IMG/VR virus record: IMGVR_UViG_3300046171_000225
Span: 32,001-96,000 of that record
DNA length: 64,000 nucleotides
Direction: 5' to 3' (one strand)
DNA from: a virus
Positions 38,240 to 47,600 of the stretch are shown piece by piece. A program made the position numbers and the translations under genes. The notes under the pieces were generated by a model, which was given only the letters and a program-made list of their open reading frames with translations, did no database searches and was not told where the DNA came from. Position 1 is the first letter of the stretch; every line of letters begins with the position of its first letter.

Positions 38240-38442
38240 TGTGGGAACTTTGGCAGTGGGACGGCCACTATATCAAGGGCAAGAAAATAAAGAGATTTAA
38301 ATCAAAGCAAGCAGTCTTTGAGTACGCAGAAAAGAACATTGAGTATGACAAGATTGCAGAGGGCCGCCCCAGAGAATGGTATCTTGAAAACAAGATTGGC
38401 CTCGCAGTTGGAATGATTATTGATAATAGGAAGGACAAATGA
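38239..38442 (+). CDS. Hypothetical protein
   Basis: TAATG-coupled ORF. Confidence 0.55.
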   Translation: MWELWQWDGHYIKGKKIKRFKSKQAVFEYAEKNIEYDKIAEGRPREWYLENKIGLAVGMIIDNRKDK

Positions 38443-38645
38443 GAAACAAAATGTTGAAAGCAGTTATTATGGAGCTGGAAGCAAAGGAAGCTAAGGCACA
38501 AGCAACAATTGAACTTTATCTTGATAAGGCTGTTGCTATTGCTGACCACAGCGAGATTCTTGACGAGATTGCTAAGTGGGCTAACTATGGTGCGGAAGCC
38601 CGAGACGCAAAAGAGTATTTGTTGTCGGAGTTTTCAGACAAATGA
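38439..38645 (+). CDS. Small helical phage protein
   Basis: IELYLDKAVAIADHSEILDEI. Confidence 0.55.
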   Translation: MRNKMLKAVIMELEAKEAKAQATIELYLDKAVAIADHSEILDEIAKWANYGAEARDAKEYLLSEFSDK

Positions 38646-38666
38646 GATAAATAAACTATTTACTGT

Positions 38667-39917
38667 ATGCTAAACGGCATCAGTATACAATCACAGATAA
38701 GTCTTTTTATTTCTGCCCTCATTATGGCTCTCTTCTTTACGATGGAAGTGTTGGTTGTATTTGAGATCATCGCTGCAACTTATCACATCTCAGTGCTTGG
38801 TCTCTTTTGCCTTATGGCTTTTATGCCTCCGTGTGCTGTTGTTATTTCAGAGTTCCTTGAAAACATGCGACGAAAAGAGGAACTGGTCAACTCGCAGCTC
38901 GAAGGTATCAATAGTTCAAACTTAGTTGTGACCTTGACTATGGACGGCCATATACTAAAGGCCAACCCTAACTTTTGTGAACTTATGGGCTGTGACGAAG
39001 GCTATGTTATTATGCAGCCTCACAGAAAGATGGTCACTCCTGAATACTCTGAGAGTGACGAGTATGCTCACTTCTGGGCAAACTTACGAAAAGGCCGCAG
39101 CATCACAGGCAAGTTTGAAAGGGTTGCGAAGGATGGCTCGAAGCGATGGCTCTACGGCAACTATACTCCGATTAAGAATAAGTTTGGTACTTACGATAGG
39201 GTCTTGAAGATCGCAACTGACGTAACAACCGCACATTTAGTGGAGGAGATAGTTAGCCAAAAGACAGCGTATTTGGAACACGCTGCGAAGATCCTGCGTC
39301 ACGACATGCACTCTGGTATTAATACCTACCTTCCACGGGGCATCTCGTCTCTGAAACGCCGTCTGGACGACGAAACAATAAAAGAAAAGCGTCTTCAAAT
39401 GCCTATGAAACTTATTGAAGACGGACTTGTCCACACTCAGAAAGTTTATAAGGGCGTCTATGAGTTTACTAACTTGGTAAGGGAAGATACCACTCTTAGT
39501 AAAGAGGAACACAACATCAGAGAGATACTGGATGAGTATCTTCAATCTACTTCCTATGCAGACCAAGTTATCCTGTGCCCTGATCTTCCAACACTTCTTG
39601 TAAATGAAGCTCTGTTCTGTACTGCCGTAGATAATATGATTAGAAACGGCCTGAAATACAACGACTCTAAAACCAAGTATGTAAAAGTAATGATGGTTGA
39701 TGACGACACACTGGGCATCATAGACAACGGACGAGGGATGTCTCAGGAAGAATACCAGAGACTAAGCAAGCCTTACTTCCGGAGAGAGGGACAAAAAGAA
39801 GAAGGCACTGGCTTGGGTCTGAACATTACAGTTGCGATTTGTAAAGAACACGGCTTTGAACTCTCTGCTGAGAAGCGAGAAGAAGGCGGAACCATAATGA
39901 GGATAAAAGTAAAATGA
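38667..39917 (+). CDS. Membrane PAS-domain sensor histidine kinase
   Basis: Two TM helices, PAS (ILKANPNF...FWANLRKG...KDGSKRWLYGNYTPI), H-box LRHD, N-box DNMIRNGLKY, DNGRG and GTGLGL. Confidence 0.92.
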   Translation: MLNGISIQSQISLFISALIMALFFTMEVLVVFEIIAATYHISVLGLFCLMAFMPPCAVVISEFLENMRRKEELVNSQLEGINSSNLVVTLTMDGHILKANPNFCELMGCDEGYVIMQPHRKMVTPEYSESDEYAHFWANLRKGRSITGKFERVAKDGSKRWLYGNYTPIKNKFGTYDRVLKIATDVTTAHLVEEIVSQKTAYLEHAAKILRHDMHSGINTYLPRGISSLKRRLDDETIKEKRLQMPMKLIEDGLVHTQKVYKGVYEFTNLVREDTTLSKEEHNIREILDEYLQSTSYADQVILCPDLPTLLVNEALFCTAVDNMIRNGLKYNDSKTKYVKVMMVDDDTLGIIDNGRGMSQEEYQRLSKPYFRREGQKEEGTGLGLNITVAICKEHGFELSAEKREEGGTIMRIKVK

Positions 39918-41539
39918 AACTCCTACTTGAAAGATGGCGTCAATATGTAAACGAAGAACTTTTGAACGAACTCTCTCTCGAAGATGTTGAGAAAAGATTT
40001 GATTCAAAGAAGTTTTCAAAGGCTGTTAAGCGTTACGAAGTTTCCCCTGACTATGCAAAAGAACAGCTACTTGCTCGTATACCTAAAGACATTACCGAAA
40101 AAGATAAGGCTGGGGCACTTAACTGGCTGATCAGCCTTTTTGTAAAAGATCCTAAACAAGTGTTTGTTGATCCGGAAGGAAGGCCCATATCTCGCTCAAA
40201 AGTAACTGGTGATCTTGAACTTTTCTTCCAAATTAAGAAGCAAAATCTAGCTAGATTTCTTGACAAAAGAAGTTTGTCTAGAATGGAGTCTGTTTCCGAG
40301 TTAGGTAAAGTCGTAGATGCTGCTAGAGAGCCTTATAAAAAGCATATGGAAAAAAAGGATTACTTAGACGCTGAACAAGGCAAACTAAAAATCTTTGAAA
40401 ATGACGAATATAAAGTTTTCATTCCAACCAATAAAGGGGCAGCTTGCGAACTAGGTAAAGGGACGGAATGGTGTACTGCTGCGCCGGGACTGCATTATTA
40501 TGAACATTATCACAAAGAAGACGATCCTTTAATTATTTTTAAAAGCAAGACTGATTCTAAAAAAGATGTACAAGTGCATTTTGGAAGTCATCAATTCATG
40601 GATGTAAACGATGAAGATATCGGACAAGAACGCGCTGTTCGTCTTGCTAGTTTGTTGAAGGGTAATAAATACTTACCAAAAAAGGTCTTAAATATCATAG
40701 ATGAGATAGAATATATCTCTCTGGGTGATGGTAAGGAAATAATTGTTGATTTTACGGGCCATAAGCTCTGGTATCTAAACGGCAAATTTCACCGTGAAGA
40801 CGGTCCTGCTCTTGAGTCGCCTGAAGGTTATAAAGAATGGTACCTAAACGGCAAACAACACCGTGTGGGGGGTCCTGCCGTTGAAGACCCCGATGGCGCT
40901 GAAGCATGGTATCTAAACGGCAAACTCCACCGTGAAGATGGTCCTGCCAAAACAACCCGAGTCGGCATACAGGAATGGTGGCTGAGGGGCCAACGCCACC
41001 GTGTAGACGGCCCTGCTATTGTCGTACCAGGGGTTTCAGAAGCGTGGTACCTAAACGGCCTTCTTCATCGTGAAGACGGCCCTGCTCTGTCCAATGCCAC
41101 AGAAAAAAAGTGGTACTTAAAAAACTTTCTTCACCGTGTAGACGGCCCTGCCATTGAGAGAGCCGATGGCAGAAAGGAATGGCACCTGAGGGGCAAACTT
41201 TACCATAGGGAGCAGGCTGACGGCACAAAGAAGTGGTATCAGGACAGAGCTCTTCATCGCGAAGACGGCCCCGCTATTATATATCCAGATGGCTCAAAGG
41301 AATGGCATTTAAACGGCCAACAACACCGTGAAGATGGTCCTGCCATTGAGATGGCCAACGGCACAAAGATCTGGTACCTAAACGGCCTTCTTCATCGTGA
41401 AGACGGCCCTGCCATTGAGAGGCCCGACGGCGTCGGACCTATGGCAGACGGCTCAAAGGAATGGTTCCTAGATGGCAAACGCTATACCAAAGAACAGTAC
41501 GAAGAAGAAATGAAATCTAGAAAAGGAGAAGAAGGATGA
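39914..41539 (+). CDS. PcfJ-like domain plus about 10 'WYLNGxxHREDGPA' repeats
   Basis: AACELGKGTEWCT motif; tandem units of about 23 aa; ATGA-coupled on both sides. Confidence 0.7.
   Translation: MKLLLERWRQYVNEELLNELSLEDVEKRFDSKKFSKAVKRYEVSPDYAKEQLLARIPKDITEKDKAGALNWLISLFVKDPKQVFVDPEGRPISRSKVTGDLELFFQIKKQNLARFLDKRSLSRMESVSELGKVVDAAREPYKKHMEKKDYLDAEQGKLKIFENDEYKVFIPTNKGAACELGKGTEWCTAAPGLHYYEHYHKEDDPLIIFKSKTDSKKDVQVHFGSHQFMDVNDEDIGQERAVRLASLLKGNKYLPKKVLNIIDEIEYISLGDGKEIIVDFTGHKLWYLNGKFHREDGPALESPEGYKEWYLNGKQHRVGGPAVEDPDGAEAWYLNGKLHREDGPAKTTRVGIQEWWLRGQRHRVDGPAIVVPGVSEAWYLNGLLHREDGPALSNATEKKWYLKNFLHRVDGPAIERADGRKEWHLRGKLYHREQADGTKKWYQDRALHREDGPAIIYPDGSKEWHLNGQQHREDGPAIEMANGTKIWYLNGLLHREDGPAIERPDGVGPMADGSKEWFLDGKRYTKEQYEEEMKSRKGEEG
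40769..41480 (+). repeat. Tandem coding repeats of about 69 bp
   Basis: Recurring TGGTAYCTAAACGGC...CAYCGTGAAGAYGGYCCTGC. Confidence 0.9.
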
Positions 41540-41967
41540 TAAACTCTATTTTATTAGTTGATGATGAAAACCTATTTCATCTTGTATTTGAGGACGCTTG
41601 TTCTCTGTTAGACATTACCCTGAACTTGGAAAGCATTTCTTCTTCTGACGAGGCAGCAAGGTTATTCAAGGAATGGCAAACCCAGCCAGACAAAAAGCCT
41701 GAATGTGTTTTTGTTGATCTCAACATTGTTGGTTCTTCCTTTGACGGTATTGAACTAACCAGAAAGATCAACTTTGAATACGGCAACGGTGTTGTTATTG
41801 GTATTATTTCTTCGTCTGCGGACGATACTGAAATCGCCAAAGCAGTCCAAGCAGGGGCACAGTTCTGGATTGTAAAGTCAGATGACATTGAGCCAAGGCT
41901 TGAAGCATTCCACAAGGATTACCCTGCTTACAAAGACAGAACAGCACAGTTCAAGGTTTATAGATAA
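41536..41967 (+). CDS. Single-domain response regulator (receiver)
   Basis: LLVDD, phosphoacceptor VFVDL, DGIEL, ISSS and GAQFWIVK. Confidence 0.9.
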   Translation: MINSILLVDDENLFHLVFEDACSLLDITLNLESISSSDEAARLFKEWQTQPDKKPECVFVDLNIVGSSFDGIELTRKINFEYGNGVVIGIISSSADDTEIAKAVQAGAQFWIVKSDDIEPRLEAFHKDYPAYKDRTAQFKVYR

Positions 41968-41969
41968 CA

Positions 41970-42536
41970 ATGATTGTAATGACTGAAAGGGTCAAGGATG
42001 ACCTTATAAAGCTTGCGAAAGAAAGAAACATTTACCTTGAAGGCAACATTCTCAAAGTCATAGATACTGACGGCGATGCCGAGTTTGAGGCTTATGTCCA
42101 AGACGCCCTTCAGCAAGACAAGGTTACCCGTCGCAAGCGTCTGGAGATGACCAAACAAGTCCAACAGCAGAATAAAGAGTTGCTGGAGACACAAGAAGAA
42201 AAAGATGTTCTTATGGAAGAACTTCGCGAAGCCCTTCAGCAAGCAGAGGACGCCAAGGTAGAAGCTGAGAATGACCTTGATGTTCTTCAAAAGAAAACAC
42301 AGTTTGAACTTATCGGTCAGATCGTAACGGTTGCCCTTTGGATCATTATGGGCGTCGGCCTTACAACAACCGGTCTTTTCGTAGTGTCTATGTATACTGG
42401 TGTCGATACAACACTTATTGGAAATACTTGGTCAAATCTATTTGGAATCTTGCTAACAAACTCATTTAGTATTATAGGTACTATCATGGGTGTCAAATAT
42501 TCGTCTGAGAGTTCGCCTAGAAGTAGCAAAGAGTAA
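41970..42536 (+). CDS. Coiled-coil protein with two C-terminal TM helices
   Basis: Heptad Q/E/L region followed by two hydrophobic segments; follows the receiver gene. Confidence 0.7.
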   Translation: MIVMTERVKDDLIKLAKERNIYLEGNILKVIDTDGDAEFEAYVQDALQQDKVTRRKRLEMTKQVQQQNKELLETQEEKDVLMEELREALQQAEDAKVEAENDLDVLQKKTQFELIGQIVTVALWIIMGVGLTTTGLFVVSMYTGVDTTLIGNTWSNLFGILLTNSFSIIGTIMGVKYSSESSPRSSKE

Positions 42537-42557
42537 AGACACTTTTATGGAGTAACA

Positions 42558-42872
42558 ATGCTAGAACCACAATTTAAAATGTATGCAAAGCCGACTTGCC
42601 CCTTTTGCGAGAAGGCAAAAGATCTTATTTTAAATAATCTTAAGCTTTCTGTGTCAATTGAAGACGTTACTGACAGACCAACCTTAAGAAACGAGCTTAT
42701 TGGTGAAACGGGAATCAAGACTGTTCCAATCATTTACCTTGGCGATAAGTTGATTGGAGGATGTACGGATCTAGAAGAATCAATCTTAAATGGAAGAATG
42801 GAGGTTTTTCTACTAAAAGAAGAGATTCGTCTCTTGAAGCAAGAAATTACCTCTTTGCGTACAAGCATTTAA
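42558..42872 (+). CDS. Glutaredoxin
   Basis: CPFC, TVP and IGGCTDL motifs. Confidence 0.9.
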   Translation: MLEPQFKMYAKPTCPFCEKAKDLILNNLKLSVSIEDVTDRPTLRNELIGETGIKTVPIIYLGDKLIGGCTDLEESILNGRMEVFLLKEEIRLLKQEITSLRTSI

Positions 42873-42875
42873 AGA

Positions 42876-43748
42876 TTGAATTTTAGTCGTATAGTTATTG
42901 GTTCGTCCGTTGAAGCATTGTTGTATGCTTTCAAGACAGATAGCTACATCTTGATGCTGAATCATGAAATCCCGTTTGAGTTCGACTATAGTGAAGAAAA
43001 TCAGACTTTTGATTTCCTGAAGATTAGCGATACAGATCAGCTAAATACTAGTGGTGACACAATACGGGTTGGAGCACAAAAGCAAAAGATATGGCAAAAG
43101 CTACTGTTTGTTCTCCATCTTAGCGGAAAAGTTTTATTCGGTAACCAATCCCGTTCTGCCACGGTAGATTCAAACTCGTTAAGCGTGGGATGTGAGGGAG
43201 CAAAGAGAAGAGATCTCTCTTTTGACAAGCTTACCGTGTTTGATGATCACAATGTTTACGGTCTCCCTCCAGCGATCAATCAAATTAAAAAGAAGAACGT
43301 TGTTTATGATTGGTTTAACGTAAACTCTTGCGAGCAGCATGAATACGACTTTTTGCAGTTTGATGCAGACTTTGTAAAGAATGTGTTCTTCTACAAAACA
43401 AAGAGAAGCAAGTCACAAATTAAAGATTTCGTGACTGTTTCTTATTTGGAGGATGAAGAAATTTATGATTTCTCAAACTCTGAAACATACGTCAAGTTCA
43501 AGATGCTTAGCGTTTATGAGGAGCTGGGTATTAGGGGTACTCGAAACGGAAGAGACCCAAAGAGGACTGGACATTATAAGCACTATGCGCTTGATATAGA
43601 GTCTGCTAGTCGAGTAGTGACACCTAGAGTCCAGAATATCTATCCAAAGATAAGTAATATAGATTTTAATTATATGTCGTTTGACGATATATACATGCTG
43701 GAGGATAATAGCTCCGGGTATACTAAGAAGGTGGCGGAGATGTTGTGA
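42876..43748 (+). CDS. Hypothetical protein with degenerate Rossmann start
   Basis: IVIGSSVEALLYA. Confidence 0.5.
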   Translation: MNFSRIVIGSSVEALLYAFKTDSYILMLNHEIPFEFDYSEENQTFDFLKISDTDQLNTSGDTIRVGAQKQKIWQKLLFVLHLSGKVLFGNQSRSATVDSNSLSVGCEGAKRRDLSFDKLTVFDDHNVYGLPPAINQIKKKNVVYDWFNVNSCEQHEYDFLQFDADFVKNVFFYKTKRSKSQIKDFVTVSYLEDEEIYDFSNSETYVKFKMLSVYEELGIRGTRNGRDPKRTGHYKHYALDIESASRVVTPRVQNIYPKISNIDFNYMSFDDIYMLEDNSSGYTKKVAEML

Positions 43749-44629
43749 GTAAATTTCATTTAGCAGGCATAATCCCAGTGCAGAAGAACGACCTCTCTTT
43801 TAATTTTGAGTGGCCTGACTCTCTTATGCCGATTGGGGAAAACCTAACAGCCGTCGAGCGAGCAGTGATGGAATGTGCTTGGGCTGGGTGCGAGACTATC
43901 TGGATCATTTGCAACGATGATATATCCCCGGTGATTAAGCACCGAGTAGGAGAGTTGGTTCAAGATCCTGTGTGGCTTCGAGCTTTGGATCCGTACCCTT
44001 CAGAGTCAAGAAAACCGATCCCAATTTTTTACGTCCCAACCCATGCAAAGCATAGAGATAAGATAGACTCGCTTGGTTGGAGTATCATATATGGGTCCTT
44101 GTCGGTGTTTAAGATAGCCATTAAGATGAGTAGATGGCTAGTTCCAAGCAGATATTACGTTGCTTTTCCTTACTCAGTCTACGATCCTCAGATTTTAAGG
44201 AAACACAGAGCCGAGATCTCTAATAAAAAAGGTTTTTGTCTTTCATATGAAGGCAAAACAATTAAAGATGGTGAAAAACTAGGCTTTACGTTCAACAAAG
44301 ACGATTTTATTAGGTACAGACGGGTGGTCAGGCAAGAGGGCGTGGGTCTATACAAGTCTCCGGAAGAGGGCCAGATGCCGAGGGAGAAGTATCCCAAAGA
44401 AGAAAGATATTCCGCCCAGTTTTTTTCGTTAGAGAAGATATTTAGGTCTACGGACGTGGAAAACAGCACTGTCGTAGACCTTCCTTGGCACTATCCTATT
44501 GACACATGGGACGAGTGGGCTAACTATATAGGGTCAACACATCAAGGCTTGATTAAAAGGCCAAGTAAACTTTTTCTCTCGTACAGAGAGTGGAACAGAA
44601 TAGGGGTGGATAACGATGAAGACGAGTAG
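43745..44629 (+). CDS. Degenerate sugar-nucleotidyltransferase-like protein
   Basis: LAGIIP...LMPIGE...AGCETIWII; C-terminal IDTWDE. Confidence 0.5.
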   Translation: MSKFHLAGIIPVQKNDLSFNFEWPDSLMPIGENLTAVERAVMECAWAGCETIWIICNDDISPVIKHRVGELVQDPVWLRALDPYPSESRKPIPIFYVPTHAKHRDKIDSLGWSIIYGSLSVFKIAIKMSRWLVPSRYYVAFPYSVYDPQILRKHRAEISNKKGFCLSYEGKTIKDGEKLGFTFNKDDFIRYRRVVRQEGVGLYKSPEEGQMPREKYPKEERYSAQFFSLEKIFRSTDVENSTVVDLPWHYPIDTWDEWANYIGSTHQGLIKRPSKLFLSYREWNRIGVDNDEDE

Positions 44630-47600
44630 AATTGATTTTGTTAACTTGCATGGACACTCGGTAGCCGGGTCAATCTTTGATGGCCTTGGTTTTCCACAAG
44701 ATCACATGAACTTCGCCTACGAGAATGGTTGCAAGGCGCTCGCTCTCACGGACCACGGAAATATGAATGGGCTTTCGCATCAAGTCCTTCACGGTAAGAA
44801 GATGAAGAAGGAGGGCAAGGACTTTAAGCCTATTTACGGTGTGGAAGCCTACTTTGTGCCATCTATCGCGGAGTGGCGTGAGGAATACGAGGCAAACCTC
44901 AAAGATAAGAAGAAAGCCCGTGCGATTAAGAAGGGAGACACGAGTGGAGCTACCGTTGAGGATGAATCCGAGTCCAAGAAGAGTTCCAAAAACATTCTTA
45001 ACCGTCGTCGCCACCTTGTTCTACTTGCCCAAAACCAAAAGGGCCTCAACAACCTCTTCAAGTTGGTTTCCGAGTCTTACCGACCAGAAAACTTCTACCG
45101 CTACCCCCGGATCGACTTCGACCTTCTAGAGAAGTACTCAGAGGGCATTGTGGCAGCTTCCGCTTGCTTGGGTGGTGTCTATGCCGGGTGCATGTGGGAG
45201 CACCGTGAGGAGGGCGAGGAGGCTGTCCTAAAGGCTATGCGTGGCATCACCGAGCGCTTTATTTCCATCTTTGGTGATCGTTGGTATGGCGAACTTCAAT
45301 GGAACAATGTACCCGAGCAACATGACCTCAATAGGTACATTATCCAAATGCACAAGGAATATGGGATTAAACTCATTTCTACGGCGGATTCTCACTATCC
45401 CGACCCAAATGCTTGGAAAGACCGAGAGCTCTACAAGCGATTGGGTTGGCTAGGCAAGGGACGACCTTCTTGGGCAGAAGATGGAGATCTACCCATCTCT
45501 GTTGATGAAATCGGATACGAACTATACCCCAAGAATGGTGACCAAATGTGGGCATCATACAAAAAGTATTCCGAAGAGTGTGGAACAACCTACGATGATA
45601 GGCTTGTGCTGCGTTCTATCTTGGAGACATGCGATATTGCGTACAACAGGATTGAAGACTTTTTCCCTGACAATACCGTCCGACTACCCGATTTTGTTAT
45701 TCCGCCCGGAGAAACAGCGGATACGGCATTGGAAAAATTTTGTCTAGAAGGACTAAGAACTAAGGGTCTCCACACAAGAGAAGATTATATCAATCGACTT
45801 AAGCATGAGCTTGAAGTCATCAGAGACCGTGGCTTCTCGAAATACTTCCTTACAATGAAGGAGGTAACCGATATTGCTAACGAAGAGATGCTTACGGGTC
45901 CGGGCCGAGGGTCGGCTGCTGGAGCTCTAGTTGCTTACGCTCTAGACATCACACAGGTTGATCCTATTGAGTACGGCCTGCTCTTCTCCCGTTTCCTACG
46001 CTCAGACGCCACAGACTATCCGGACATTGACTACGATGTGGCAGAGCCGATGGAGCTTAAAGATATTCTTATTGATCGTTGGGGCGACAACGTTGTCGCT
46101 CCAATCTCGAACTGGAATACTCTACAACTTAAGTCCCTTGTAAAAGACATTTCTAAGCTCTATGAGATTCCATTTACCGAGGTGAACAACGTTACCGGTA
46201 AGATGATGGTAGAAGCCACAGGCCCAGCGAAGGAAAAGCACGGTATTAAGTCTGGAGTTTACAACCCTACCTTTGAGGAGGTGCTTGAGTTCTCTCCCAC
46301 ACTTCAGAAGTTCTTGCTTACTTATCCTCATGTTGCCGAGCATATTAATGCTCTCTACGGACAGGTGCGCTCCTGTTCACGTCATGCAGGTGGTGTTGTG
46401 ATTGCAGAGGACTTGGACTACCACATGCCTCTCATCTCCTCGAAGAACGTCAGGCAGACTCCATGGTCAGAGGGCCAGAACGTCCGTCACTTGGAACCAA
46501 TGGGCTTTATTAAGTTTGACCTTCTTGGTCTTTCTACCTTGAGAATGATTGAGGGCGCAGTCCGACATATCTTGAAGAGGCATTACAATATCGAGAACCC
46601 TACGTTCAAGGATGTGAAGGATTACTACGATAAGAATCTACACCCCGACACAATGGATTTGGCAGACCAAGAAGTATACAAAAATATCTTCCATACTGGC
46701 AAATGGGCGGGTGTCTTTCAGTTCACAGAGTCAGGTGCTCAGAACTTCTGTGTCCAGGTCAAGCCAACAAGCATCATTGATATTGCTGCTATCACGTCTA
46801 TTTATCGTCCCGGACCTCTCGCAGCAGATGTCGATAAGGAATACTTGAAGGCCAAGGAGCAACCGCAGTTCGTTAACTACTTTAACGATATGCACAAGGA
46901 CATTACGCAAGAGACTTATGGCTTCCTTATTTTCCAAGAGCAGATTGCTCTCCTTGCCCACAAGCTTGGAAAAGACCTTACTCTTGACGAAGGAAATAAG
47001 CTTCGTAAGGTCTTGACCAAGAAGGGAACTGGTAAAGAAGCGGAAGTAAAGAACAAGCTACATAAAAAGTTTGTAGACGGTTGTGTTGAGAAAGGGATTA
47101 CCGCCAAGGCTGCTAACCGTATGTGGGAGACGTTTGAGTACTTCTCTGGGTATGGCTTCAACAAGTCTCACGCTGTGTCTTACTCGATCCTATCGTACCA
47201 GTGTGCTTGGCTTCTGAACTACTACCCGTCTGAATGGATGGCAGCCTTCTTGGATAAGGAGCCAGAGACGAGAAAAGAACAAGCACTTAGCACTGCCAAG
47301 TCTTTTGGCTTTGATATTGAGCCTATCAATATCAATACTTCGGGAGACGTATGGGGAATCTCTCCAAATGGCAAAACTCTTATCCAGCCGCTTAGTGCTA
47401 TCAAGGGATTGGGGGCTGCCGCTATTCAGCAGATCCTGGCCAACAGACCCTTCAGTGATATTGAGGACTTCTTGTTTAATGAAAACATTGTATACTCAAA
47501 GCTTAACAAGAAGTGTTTGGATGCTCTCGTTAGGGCAGAGGCACTAGATCTGTTTATGGATGAGCGCTTCACTGGCCGTAAGCATTTCTGGTCTGCAGTC

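Larger units (their letters stand above)
36257..38241 (+). repeat. Dispersed 16-bp direct repeat GGAGAGCGAAGAATGA at consecutive gene junctions
   Basis: Exact copies at 36257, 36355, 36576, 36770, 37423 and 37833; one mismatch at 37132; degenerate at 38000 and 38227. Confidence 0.95.

Noticed and set aside
40769-41480. HREDGPA repeats as a diversity-generating retroelement TR/VR pair
   Set aside because: All units are in-frame tandem coding repeats, differences are not confined to adenines, and no reverse transcriptase is in the window.
41525-41539. GGAGAAGAAGGATGA (and GGAGAGGAAGATGA at 61047) as further cassette repeats
   Set aside because: They share only generic purine-rich SD plus ATGA features with different spacing, so they were not counted.
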